Source: Eubacteriales bacterium (GTDB lineage Bacteria; Bacillota; Clostridia; Saccharofermentanales; UBA5734). From it: a stretch of 64,000 nt of DNA. Positions within the stretch are counted from its first letter, which is position 1; every line of letters begins with the position of its first letter. Made by a program: the position numbers and the translations under genes. The DNA lies in contig JAQUDJ010000005.1 of the NCBI GenBank assembly GCA_028685755.1, positions 47,237 through 111,236 of the forward strand. Direction: 5' to 3'. A model generated the notes under the pieces. The model did no database searches and had not been told where the DNA came from. It saw only the letters and a list, made by a program, of their open reading frames with translations. This document shows positions 1 through 7,913 of the stretch, piece after piece.

Positions 1-1
1 T

Positions 2-916
2 TATCATATCCCGACAGCTGAATATGCGGTTTTTGATGCTGTTGAACCGGCGATCGCCCATCTTAATTCATGTGAATTACCAATCGTTATCAAAGCGGAT
101 GGCTTAGCACTCGGAAAGGGCGTTATCATTGCGCAGACCCTGTCTGAAGCAGTAGCGACTGTTCGCGACATGCTCGAAAGCAATGTTTTTGGACAGGCCG
201 GGAGTCGTGTTGTCATCGAATCATTTCTAACCGGTCCAGAATTAACAGTGCTTGCTTTTACCGATGGCCAAACGGTTGTACCGATGGTTTCTTCACGTGA
301 TCATAAGCGGGCATATGATCACGATCAAGGGCCCAATACCGGTGGCATGGGGACAATTGCACCCGGTGCTCAATTAGATGAAGCGACGCAACAACTGATG
401 ATGGAAACGATTTTCCAGCCTACCATTGATGCGATGGCTCGAGAGGGAAGTCCCTTCAAAGGCGTTATCTACTTTGGCTTAATGCTGACCCCACAAGGTC
501 CCAAAGTGATTGAGTACAACGCTCGTTTCGGTGATCCAGAAGCTCAAGTCGTCCTGCCCTTATTAGAAACCGATTTTGTCGTTATTTGCAATGCCGTTAT
601 CGAGCAAAATCTCAAATCTCTCTCAATTAAGTGGAGCAAACGCGCTGCCTGTTGTGTGGTCATGGCATCTGGTGGTTACCCAGGTCCATATCAAACCGGT
701 TACCCAATAAGTGGACTTGAACTTGTTAAAGCAAGTACTGTTTTTCACGCAGGGACGCGTTTTGAAAATGACCAAATTGTCAGCGCCGGGGGTCGCGTAC
801 TTGGGGTTACGGCGATCGCTGATACACTTGATGCCGCAATCAACCAAGCGTACCAAGATGTTGGCAAAATCAATTTTAAAGATGCGCATTATCGTCACGA
901 TATCGGCCATTCATGA
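2..916 (+). CDS. purD: phosphoribosylamine--glycine ligase, C-terminal part (5' end lies outside window)
   Basis: Frame is open from the window edge (..PIVIKADGLALGKGVIIAQT..). ATP-grasp and PurD C-domain motifs are present (SRDHKRAYDHDQGPNTGGMG, VIEYNARFGDPE, GGRVLGV). Confidence 0.9.
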   Translation, partial: YHIPTAEYAVFDAVEPAIAHLNSCELPIVIKADGLALGKGVIIAQTLSEAVATVRDMLESNVFGQAGSRVVIESFLTGPELTVLAFTDGQTVVPMVSSRDHKRAYDHDQGPNTGGMGTIAPGAQLDEATQQLMMETIFQPTIDAMAREGSPFKGVIYFGLMLTPQGPKVIEYNARFGDPEAQVVLPLLETDFVVICNAVIEQNLKSLSIKWSKRAACCVVMASGGYPGPYQTGYPISGLELVKASTVFHAGTRFENDQIVSAGGRVLGVTAIADTLDAAINQAYQDVGKINFKDAHYRHDIGHS

Positions 917-2106
917 CACGATATGGCTTAATTGGCGGGACATTTGACCCCTTTCATAACGGTCATCGACGATTAGTTGAAGCAGTTAACGCTTCCGACG
1001 GCATTGATCGGGTCATTTTGATGGTCGCCGGCCAACAACCCCATAAGACTCGCGTTAAAGTTTCGGCTGCAAGCTATCGGTTTGAAATGGCGGTTCGCGG
1101 CGTGTCTGACCTAGAAAACGTGACTGTTTCCGATATGGAAATCAACCGTAAGGGAAGATCGTTTACGATTGATACGCTTAATGAACTAACAAAAAATATG
1201 TCAGATGATGATCAATTAATCCTCGTTTATGGGTCAGATGTGCTTTTTGATTTGCCCAATTGGCGAGAGCCAGCAGCCATTCTGCTTCGATATCCTTTAT
1301 TAATCGCGGCACGAGGTGGGATTGCGCGTCAAGCTGCTGAAATACAAGCTGAGAAATTGCGCTGCGATTATCAGGCACGGATTTCCTTTATGGAGCAAGA
1401 TATGATCGAGCTTTCTGCGACTTCGATTCGCGATATGCTTGTTGCGAAACAACCTCACAGTCATTTGATACCAGATCGCGTCGCCGCGATGATCGAGCAT
1501 CATGATCTTTATGGATATGATGATGAATTGACAACACTCGATCCAGAACTATGGGGGTTGCTTGCTGACTACGAGCGTCAATTGCGACCGCTACTCAACA
1601 CAAAGCGCTTACTTCATTCTCTCAATGTCATGCGATACGCGATGCATCTAGCAATGCGCCACGGAATAGATGTCAAGAAAGCAGCGATAGCAGGTCTTTT
1701 GCACGATTGTGCCAAATGTTTAGAAGCACACACTGTTTTGCATTATGCGCGTCTGGCTGGGGATCCCCAATTAGTTGAAGCTGCGTTAGCACACGGACCA
1801 GCGGGTGCCTATTTAGCAAAACGTGATTTTGGCATTAACGATACGGAAATTCTGCGTGCCATTCATTTCCATACCACAGGCAATGGCGACATGTCGCCAC
1901 TCGATTTGTTAATCTATGTCGCTGACAAAGTTGAGCCGGCTCGCACGTACAATAACCTTGAAGGCATCCGAATCGCCGCAGAAAATGACCTTGAACAGGC
2001 CATGCGCCTTTGCCTCGTTGAAGTTGAAGCTTTCCTAGTTAGGGAGCAAAAACCATCCCACCCCTATGCTTTAGCCGCACTCAAAAAACTAAATGTGGTG
2101 GAATAG
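913..2106 (+). CDS. nadD: nicotinate-nucleotide adenylyltransferase fused to a YqeK-type HD-domain hydrolase
   Basis: N-terminus GGTFDPFHNGH is the (H/T)xGH nucleotidyltransferase motif of NadD. The C-terminal half has the HD pattern of YqeK/COG1713 (HSLNV..LLHDCAK..HFHTTG). The ATGA overlap with the purD stop suggests translational coupling. Confidence 0.85.
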   Translation: MTRYGLIGGTFDPFHNGHRRLVEAVNASDGIDRVILMVAGQQPHKTRVKVSAASYRFEMAVRGVSDLENVTVSDMEINRKGRSFTIDTLNELTKNMSDDDQLILVYGSDVLFDLPNWREPAAILLRYPLLIAARGGIARQAAEIQAEKLRCDYQARISFMEQDMIELSATSIRDMLVAKQPHSHLIPDRVAAMIEHHDLYGYDDELTTLDPELWGLLADYERQLRPLLNTKRLLHSLNVMRYAMHLAMRHGIDVKKAAIAGLLHDCAKCLEAHTVLHYARLAGDPQLVEAALAHGPAGAYLAKRDFGINDTEILRAIHFHTTGNGDMSPLDLLIYVADKVEPARTYNNLEGIRIAAENDLEQAMRLCLVEVEAFLVREQKPSHPYALAALKKLNVVE

Positions 2107-2164
2107 CATTGACAAATGACCTCAGATCAGCCATTATACAGCCGGAACGATAAGGAGAATTAAA

Positions 2165-2509
2165 TTGACTGCACAAGAATTAGCTCACAAAATTGGTATC
2201 ATTTTAGATGACAAAAAAGCAAAAGACATCGAAGTGATTGATGTTTCTGAAAAAACAATCCTCGCCGACTATTTTGTTATTGCCTCCGGTACATCGACGA
2301 CACATGTTAAAGCACTTTCAGATGAAGTCGAGTTTATGCTTAAAGAACAAGATCGTCGTTTGGCCGATCATGTCGAAGGTCACGATTCATCACGATGGAT
2401 CTTGCTCGATTACGGTGATGTTGTTGTTCATGTTTTCCACACGGAAGAACGTGATTTCTACAGTCTGGATAAATTGTGGCGTTTAAGCCGCAACAAGGAT
2501 CAGATTTAA
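2165..2509 (+). CDS. rsfS: ribosome silencing factor RsfS (iojap family)
   Basis: 114 aa with typical RsfS sequence (DIEVIDVSEKTILADYFVIASGTS..HV.A). TTG start 6 nt after AAGGAGAA. Conserved position after nadD/yqeK. Confidence 0.85.
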   Translation: MTAQELAHKIGIILDDKKAKDIEVIDVSEKTILADYFVIASGTSTTHVKALSDEVEFMLKEQDRRLADHVEGHDSSRWILLDYGDVVVHVFHTEERDFYSLDKLWRLSRNKDQI

Positions 2510-2529
2510 GTCAAGTAATTCGCAAAAAA

Positions 2530-2555
2530 TGTCGAAAATGTCGAAAAATGTCGTA
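2530..2555 (+). promoter_or_regulatory. three tandem 0A-box-like direct repeats (TGTCGAA, TGTCGAA, TGTCGTA) at 9- and 10-bp phasing
   Basis: Read directly: TGTCGAA at 2530-2536 and 2539-2545, TGTCGTA at 2549-2555. They match the Spo0A box consensus TGNCGAA. Confidence 0.5.
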
Positions 2556-2561
2556 CGATTG

Positions 2562-2586
2562 GGGGCGGGAATACCGTCCCCTTTTT
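2562..2586 (+). terminator. intrinsic terminator after rsfS
   Basis: GC-rich hairpin GGGGCGG/CCG(T)CCCC with one bulge, followed by TTTTT. Confidence 0.6.
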
Positions 2587-2626
2587 GATATGCTGTTAAA
2601 AGATAACCTTTCAAGAGGTGAACAGG

Positions 2627-3310
2627 ATGTCAAAATCACACGCATCTAAAAAGCTTGCATTATTTCTAATAACTACCAGTTTGTTTTCAGCTCTGGCCAT
2701 GTGGTCAAAATTTCAATCAACGCTACCCGACACAAGCATCATCATTCACGCTAATCAAGAAGTCACTTCCAATGTGACCGAGAATAATCCATCAGGCACA
2801 CAGCTCGCAGATTCTGACGGCACACAATTAAACAATACCCATTTAGCCGACGCAAACGTGGAACAGTTAGTTGATCAGATACCCATTTACTTAGTTGGCG
2901 CAATCCAAAATCCGGGCATATATCAAGTTGCACGAGGCAGCTATCTCTATCAACTGATTGAACGAGCGGGTGGCTTAACATCAGAAGCTGCAGCAAAAGA
3001 GATTGATCTGGCGATGCAAATCAATGAAAATGGACGAATTCAAATTCCCACACAAACACAATTCAGTCTAAATCCCAACCAAAATTGGCTTTTGGAGGCC
3101 TCTTCTGAAGAAACTGAAAAGATCAACATCAATCAGGCCACACTGGATCAGCTGGATACTTTACCAGGAATTGGGCCAGCCACAGCAAAATCGATCATCG
3201 ATTATCGCGAGCGCAATGGTCCTTTTTCGGTATTGGAAGATTTGATGAAAGTCCCAGGCATCAAACAAAGTCGCTTAGATGCTATGGCAGATTTGATTTC
3301 AATCGACTAG
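2627..3310 (+). CDS. comEA: competence protein ComEA (SLBB plus helix-hairpin-helix DNA-binding domains)
   Basis: C-terminal INQATLDQLDTLPGIGPATAKSIIDYRERNGPF..L..V.GI is the ComEA HhH motif, with an N-terminal membrane anchor. The ATG at 2627 follows AGAGGTG; the track start at 2618 (GTG) is too close to that SD. Confidence 0.8.
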   Translation: MSKSHASKKLALFLITTSLFSALAMWSKFQSTLPDTSIIIHANQEVTSNVTENNPSGTQLADSDGTQLNNTHLADANVEQLVDQIPIYLVGAIQNPGIYQVARGSYLYQLIERAGGLTSEAAAKEIDLAMQINENGRIQIPTQTQFSLNPNQNWLLEASSEETEKININQATLDQLDTLPGIGPATAKSIIDYRERNGPFSVLEDLMKVPGIKQSRLDAMADLISID

Positions 3311-3315
3311 CCTGT

Positions 3316-4329
3316 TTACTTAAAAGTCACGGCTTTTGATATATTCGACACGCCGATATATGTTTTGCCACGGTTGAGGGTCAGTTCCGTGCCATCCGCT
3401 TTCAATAATATCCATGGATCGTTGATGCCACCTTTGCGCCAAGTGATATTTTCATATTTGCCACCAGACAGGTAATATCCAGATCCGCTTGTTAAATCAT
3501 ATTCGCGTAAAATACTGCCGGCATAACTTGTTACGGTTGTTTTTAACAACAAAACGTTTGTGAATTTGAGTTGTTGTCCAGTAGTCTGATCGATTTGAGC
3601 TTTACCAAATTGACCTTTGCCATAGGTTTGTGTTTTTGCATCGTAATTAAACGTTGCAATATTATAGTTTGAAAAAGGAGCAGATACCGAATTAGCTATG
3701 CCACCGCTTGCAGGAACGATCGATGTGTTTGGTTGAAAATAGAACCACGCACGATTGTTATTGTCATTTGTCGTCCGTAATCCGAGCTTGTTGATTGCTT
3801 TAACGAGATTAGGCCCGTTTGTCTTGACGCTGTGTTCATAACCACGAAGTTTGCGCCAGATTGGGTCGCGCCAATAAGCATACCCTGCATTTGAGCTATC
3901 AATATGCTCAATTCCAAGATTTTTGACCGTGTCATAAGCAACGGTAGAGCCGCCAAAATGGACAACAATGGCATCAAATGCGCCGGCAAGTTCAATGAAG
4001 TCATGGCGCAAACTGCGAATTGAACCTACTTCTGGAACCATTGATGCACTTGCATAAACAGCCATTTGTCTTGTAATTGATCCTTCGACCTCTAATTCAT
4101 AGAGAATATCTGCAGCACTTAATCCGACCTGAGGGGTCGCCTTCTTGATATTGTTGATCATGATTGCGACAGGACGAGCGGATACTAGGTTCGGATCAGA
4201 CAAGGCAAGTCCTGTTAGCGGATTGTATGTGGCAATTTCCTTTTCAGCAAAAACAGGACATGAAAAAGTTGAGATAGTCAGGATCAAGGCGAGTAAAAAC
4301 AGACTAAAACGTGTTTTACCGGGTTTCAT
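3316..4329 (-). CDS. secreted DUF3048-family protein (YerB-like)
   Basis: PVAIMINNIKKATPQVGLSAADILYELEVEGSITRQMAVY resembles DUF3048. The start at 4329 gives MKPGKTRFSLFLLALIL.., a signal peptide, 8 nt after GGAGG. The 32-aa upstream extension in the ORF track is probably not translated. Confidence 0.7.
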   Translation of the reverse strand: MKPGKTRFSLFLLALILTISTFSCPVFAEKEIATYNPLTGLALSDPNLVSARPVAIMINNIKKATPQVGLSAADILYELEVEGSITRQMAVYASASMVPEVGSIRSLRHDFIELAGAFDAIVVHFGGSTVAYDTVKNLGIEHIDSSNAGYAYWRDPIWRKLRGYEHSVKTNGPNLVKAINKLGLRTTNDNNNRAWFYFQPNTSIVPASGGIANSVSAPFSNYNIATFNYDAKTQTYGKGQFGKAQIDQTTGQQLKFTNVLLLKTTVTSYAGSILREYDLTSGSGYYLSGGKYENITWRKGGINDPWILLKADGTELTLNRGKTYIGVSNISKAVTFK

Positions 4330-4364
4330 CAAGAACCTCCAAGCTGTGTTTTGTTGAAGATTGC

Positions 4365-4381
4365 GGTCGAAAATAGTCGAT
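4365..4381 (+). promoter_or_regulatory. two GTCGA boxes (GGTCGAA, AGTCGAT) at 10-bp phasing
   Basis: Read directly in the divergent DUF3048/thrS spacer. This is a weaker relative of the arrays at 2530 and 29047. Confidence 0.3.
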
Positions 4382-4445
4382 AAATGGGATATACAATGCT
4401 CTAATTTTAACAACTCTCGATACATTCATCAATCAAGTATAAGAA

Positions 4446-4474
4446 TTTACAAATGAAGGCAGATTGATTATATT
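4446..4474 (+). promoter_or_regulatory. putative sigma-A promoter of thrS
   Basis: TTTACA, 17-nt spacer, TATATT. It lies about 50 nt before the thrS ATG. Confidence 0.45.
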
Positions 4475-4524
4475 TAAATGGCTATTATTTCAGAATGTAG
4501 CAAGTGATACCTTGGAGGTTTTCC

Positions 4525-6297
4525 ATGTCTGATTTTACTGATGCAGCGTATCGACACGCTTTTCATCATACTTCGTCGCACATCCTTGCACAGGCTGTTA
4601 AACGGTTGTTTCCGATGGTGAAACTTGCGATCGGCCCGGCAATCGACAACGGCTATTATTATGATTTTGATCGAGAGAACCCTTTTTCACTCGAAGAACT
4701 TGCGCAAATTGAAGATGAAATGCGCAAAATCGTCAAGGCGGACTTTACGATTGAACGTTTTGAATTATCTCGTCAAGAAGCTCGCGATAAAATGCTCGCC
4801 GCAGGTGAGTCTTATAAGGTTGAATTGATCGATGATCTGCCAGCTGATGCAATTATCTCTTTTTATCAGCAAGGTGAATTTGTTGATTTGTGTGCCGGTC
4901 CACATTTAACCAAAACGGGTGAAGTTAAAGCATTCAAGCTCACGCAAGTGGCAGGTGCTTACTGGCGCGGTAGCGAAAAGAACAAAATGCTCCAACGCAT
5001 TTATGGTTTAAGCTTTCCGGATAAAGAACAATTGAAAGCATACCTAGCGCAGCAAGAAGAAGCACGCAAACGCGATCACAATAAAATTGGCCGTGAATTG
5101 GGCTTTTTTACGACGGTTGATTATATCGGCCAAGGTTTGCCGATTCTTTTGCCAAAAGGAGCTCGGACCATTCAACTCCTCCAGCGCTTTGTCGAAGACG
5201 AGGAGGAAAAACGCGGATACCTTTTAACAAAGACTCCGATGATGGCCAAATCAGACCTTTATAAAATTTCTGGCCATTGGCAGCATTATCGCCAAGGTAT
5301 GTTTATCATCGGTGATCCTGAAAAAGCAGATACCGAAGAAGTACTCGCGCTGCGTCCCATGACGTGCCCCTTTCAATTTCAAGCCTATCTCACTAAAACA
5401 AGGAGCTATCGTGACTTGCCGTTGCGATATGGTGAAACATCGACACTTTTCCGGAATGAATCATCTGGTGAAATGCATGGCTTAATCCGTGTGCGTCAGT
5501 TCACGATTTCGGAAGGTCACCTGATGTGCACACCTGAACAACTCGAAGATGAATTCCGTGGTACCTTAGACTTAGCAAACTTCATGCTTCAGGCTGTTGG
5601 GTTGGGCGATGATGTTAGCTATCGTTTCTCACAATGGGATCCAAACGACAAAGATAAATTCATCGGATCAAGTGAGCAATGGGAAGCTGTACAAAACACG
5701 ATGCGTTCGATCTTAGATCATACCGGTTTAAATTATTCTGAAGGTATTGGTGAGGCCGCTTTTTATGGTCCGAAACTAGACATCCAGATAAAAAATGTTT
5801 TTGGCAAAGAAGATACACTCATCACCATCCAAATCGATTTCCAGCTAGCAGAACGTTTTGAAATGGAATATACCGACCGCGAAGGTCAAAAGCAAAATCC
5901 ATATATAATTCACCGCACCTCATTAGGTTGCTATGAACGAACGCTGGCGTTGTTAATTGAGAAATTTGCCGGTGCATTACCCTTGTGGATTGCACCAGAA
6001 CAGGCTCGCATTTTACCAATTTCTGAACGACATGTCGAAGCTGCACAACATGTTGCCCGACGCTTACGAGCAGCTGGCTTGCGCGTTGACATCGATAGTC
6101 GCGATGAGAAAATCGGTAAAAAAATCAGAGAAGCACAAATGGACAAATTACAATACATGCTCGTCTTAGGTGATGCCGAGATCGAACAGGATAGTCTTGC
6201 AGTTCGCTCCCGTTTGGCAGGTGATTTAGGTGTCCAAAAAGTCGATCAAGTGATCGCCCATTTAACTGGCGAAGTCGCTTCCCGGTACATTGGCTGA
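4525..6297 (+). CDS. thrS: threonine--tRNA ligase lacking the N-terminal TGS domain
   Basis: The protein begins directly in the editing (second additional) domain (HHTSSHILAQAV). Class II catalytic motifs (FRNE.SG...GL.RVRQF) and a C-terminal anticodon-binding domain follow. The ATG at 4525 is 7 nt after GGAGG. Confidence 0.9.
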   Translation: MSDFTDAAYRHAFHHTSSHILAQAVKRLFPMVKLAIGPAIDNGYYYDFDRENPFSLEELAQIEDEMRKIVKADFTIERFELSRQEARDKMLAAGESYKVELIDDLPADAIISFYQQGEFVDLCAGPHLTKTGEVKAFKLTQVAGAYWRGSEKNKMLQRIYGLSFPDKEQLKAYLAQQEEARKRDHNKIGRELGFFTTVDYIGQGLPILLPKGARTIQLLQRFVEDEEEKRGYLLTKTPMMAKSDLYKISGHWQHYRQGMFIIGDPEKADTEEVLALRPMTCPFQFQAYLTKTRSYRDLPLRYGETSTLFRNESSGEMHGLIRVRQFTISEGHLMCTPEQLEDEFRGTLDLANFMLQAVGLGDDVSYRFSQWDPNDKDKFIGSSEQWEAVQNTMRSILDHTGLNYSEGIGEAAFYGPKLDIQIKNVFGKEDTLITIQIDFQLAERFEMEYTDREGQKQNPYIIHRTSLGCYERTLALLIEKFAGALPLWIAPEQARILPISERHVEAAQHVARRLRAAGLRVDIDSRDEKIGKKIREAQMDKLQYMLVLGDAEIEQDSLAVRSRLAGDLGVQKVDQVIAHLTGEVASRYIG

Positions 6298-6345
6298 GCC
6301 TGCTTGAAAGCCCCGTTAAACCGCTAAAACCCCCACCAAACTGGC

Positions 6346-6374
6346 TTGACACTGCTAATTAATATCAGTACAAT
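6346..6374 (+). promoter_or_regulatory. near-consensus promoter for tRNA-Pro
   Basis: TTGACA, 17-nt spacer, TACAAT. It ends 12 nt upstream of the tRNA. Confidence 0.65.
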
Positions 6375-6386
6375 AGCAAAGGTCGA

Positions 6387-6462
6387 CGGGGTGTGGCTCA
6401 GGTGGTAGAGCGCTTGGTTCGGGACCAAGAGGCCGGAAGTTCAAGTCTTCTCACTCCGACCA
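6387..6462 (+). tRNA. tRNA-Pro (anticodon CGG), CCA encoded
   Basis: Hand-folded cloverleaf: acceptor CGGGGTG/CACTCCG, anticodon stem CTTGG/CCAAG with loop TTCGGGA, T-loop GTTCAAGTC. Confidence 0.9.
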
Positions 6463-6470
6463 GACATACA

Positions 6471-6502
6471 AACCGGATTCAGTTTTCTGAGTCCGGTTTT
6501 TC
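6471..6502 (+). terminator. intrinsic terminator after tRNA-Pro
   Basis: 12-bp hairpin AACCGGATTCAG/CTGAGTCCGGTT (one G-U pair) followed by a T-run. Confidence 0.75.
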
Positions 6503-6578
6503 TTTATCTGACAATAACTATATCGTATACTGATAGAAAATACTTGCGCAGACAGCTAACTTTGGAGGCCTTTCAAAT

Positions 6579-7409
6579 ATGAGCAAAGCCGACCAGATTT
6601 TTATCGAAAATTGCGAATATATTTTAGGTCATGGCTATGATGAAACAGGCACTGACGTTCGACCACGTTGGGAAGATGGACAATCGGCATACACAATCAA
6701 ACAATTCGGCTTAGTCAATCGTTATAATCTGGCAGAGGAGTTTCCGATCCTTACATTAAGGCCAATCAACATTAAAGCGGCGATCGATGAATTGTTATGG
6801 ATTTGGCAAAAAAAGTCAAATCGCATTGATGATTTGAATAGTCATATTTGGGATAGTTGGGCAGGTCCTGATGGGACAATCGGCAAAGCCTATGGTTACC
6901 AACTTGCTCAAAAAGCAATCTACAAAGAAGGCGAATTTGATCAGGTCGATCGACTGCTTTTTGATCTCAAACACAACCCCACTAGTCGCCGCATGATGAC
7001 CAATATGTTCAATCATCACGACCTCCATGCGATGCAACTATACCCCTGCGCATATAGTCTTACGCTTAACGTTTCGGGCAACCAATTGAATGCGATTTTA
7101 AATCAACGCTCGCAGGATATGCTGGTCGCCAATAGTTGGAATGTGACGCAATATGCTGTCTTAGTCCACATGTTTGCACAGGTCAGTGGCTTGCAGGTCG
7201 GTGAGCTCGTTCATGTCATAGCCGATGCCCATATCTATGATCGTCATGTGCCTTTAGTTCGCGATTTGATCTCGCGACAAGGCTTTGATGCCCCGAAATT
7301 AATCATTGATCCGACAATTTCCGATTATTACCAATTTACAGTCGATAGTTTCAAGCTAGAAAATTACCAAACAGGGGATAAGATGACAAAAATCCCCGTA
7401 GCCGTCTAA
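6579..7409 (+). CDS. thyA: thymidylate synthase (ThyA type)
   Basis: 276 aa with ThyA motifs (R.M.TNMFN, LYPCAYSL.L, LNQRSQDM.VA...NV..YA.L). Confidence 0.9.
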   Translation: MSKADQIFIENCEYILGHGYDETGTDVRPRWEDGQSAYTIKQFGLVNRYNLAEEFPILTLRPINIKAAIDELLWIWQKKSNRIDDLNSHIWDSWAGPDGTIGKAYGYQLAQKAIYKEGEFDQVDRLLFDLKHNPTSRRMMTNMFNHHDLHAMQLYPCAYSLTLNVSGNQLNAILNQRSQDMLVANSWNVTQYAVLVHMFAQVSGLQVGELVHVIADAHIYDRHVPLVRDLISRQGFDAPKLIIDPTISDYYQFTVDSFKLENYQTGDKMTKIPVAV

Positions 7410-7415
7410 AACCGA

Positions 7416-7913
7416 GTGAACATGAATTTAATTGTCGCAGTTGACCAAAACTGGGCCATTGGCTATCAAGATGAGCTGCAATTTAGGGTTAAAGCAGATC
7501 ACCGTCATTTTCGTGAACTCACGATTGGCCACACGGTTATTCTCGGACGCAAGACCTTGCAAACATTTCCTGGCGGAATACCGTTAAAGGATCGGCAGAA
7601 TCTGATCCTTTCAACACATGCCGATCTGAAAATAGAAAATGCGATAATTTTCAACTCAGTTGAGTCCCTTATATCGCATCTCAAAGCACAAGGCGAGCAA
7701 GCTGTTTTTGTTATTGGTGGCGCTTCTGTATACGAAGCGTTATTACCATATTGTCAACGAGCCTTTGTCACACGCTTCTTAGAGGAACGACCGGCAGATC
7801 GGTATTTTCCAAACTTAGATTTAGCACCTAATTGGGAACTTATCGAAACAAGTCCGGTTCATCTTGAATCTGAAATTCGATTTCAATTTTTAATTTATGA
7901 ACAGTCATTATAA
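7416..7913 (+). CDS. folA: dihydrofolate reductase
   Basis: LIVAVDQNWAIGY..L.F....D...F...T.GHTVILGRKT and VIGGASVYE are DHFR motifs. It lies directly after thyA. Confidence 0.85.
   Translation: MNMNLIVAVDQNWAIGYQDELQFRVKADHRHFRELTIGHTVILGRKTLQTFPGGIPLKDRQNLILSTHADLKIENAIIFNSVESLISHLKAQGEQAVFVIGGASVYEALLPYCQRAFVTRFLEERPADRYFPNLDLAPNWELIETSPVHLESEIRFQFLIYEQSL

Noticed and set aside
1884-1897. 14-bp perfect palindrome GGCGACATGTCGCC inside the nadD/yqeK coding region, containing inverted TGTCGCC half-sites.
   Set aside because: It lies within conserved coding sequence (GNGDMSP). Several 14-bp palindromes are expected by chance in 64 kb, and it is not phased with other boxes.
2554-2561. Streptococcal com-box (TACGAATA)-like strings after the TGTCG arrays (TACGATTG at 2554, CACGAATT at 29072) and at 21963 (TACGAATG), suggesting a ComX/SigH-type promoter for comEA.
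   Set aside because: These are imperfect 6-7 of 8 matches to a short motif expected many times by chance. There is no upstream T-tract, and a terminator hairpin lies between the site and comEA.
4330-4524. Possible T-box leader upstream of thrS.
   Set aside because: The spacer is too short. I could find no specifier hairpin, no conserved T-box 14-mer and no terminator/antiterminator pair. An Infernal scan would be the formal test.
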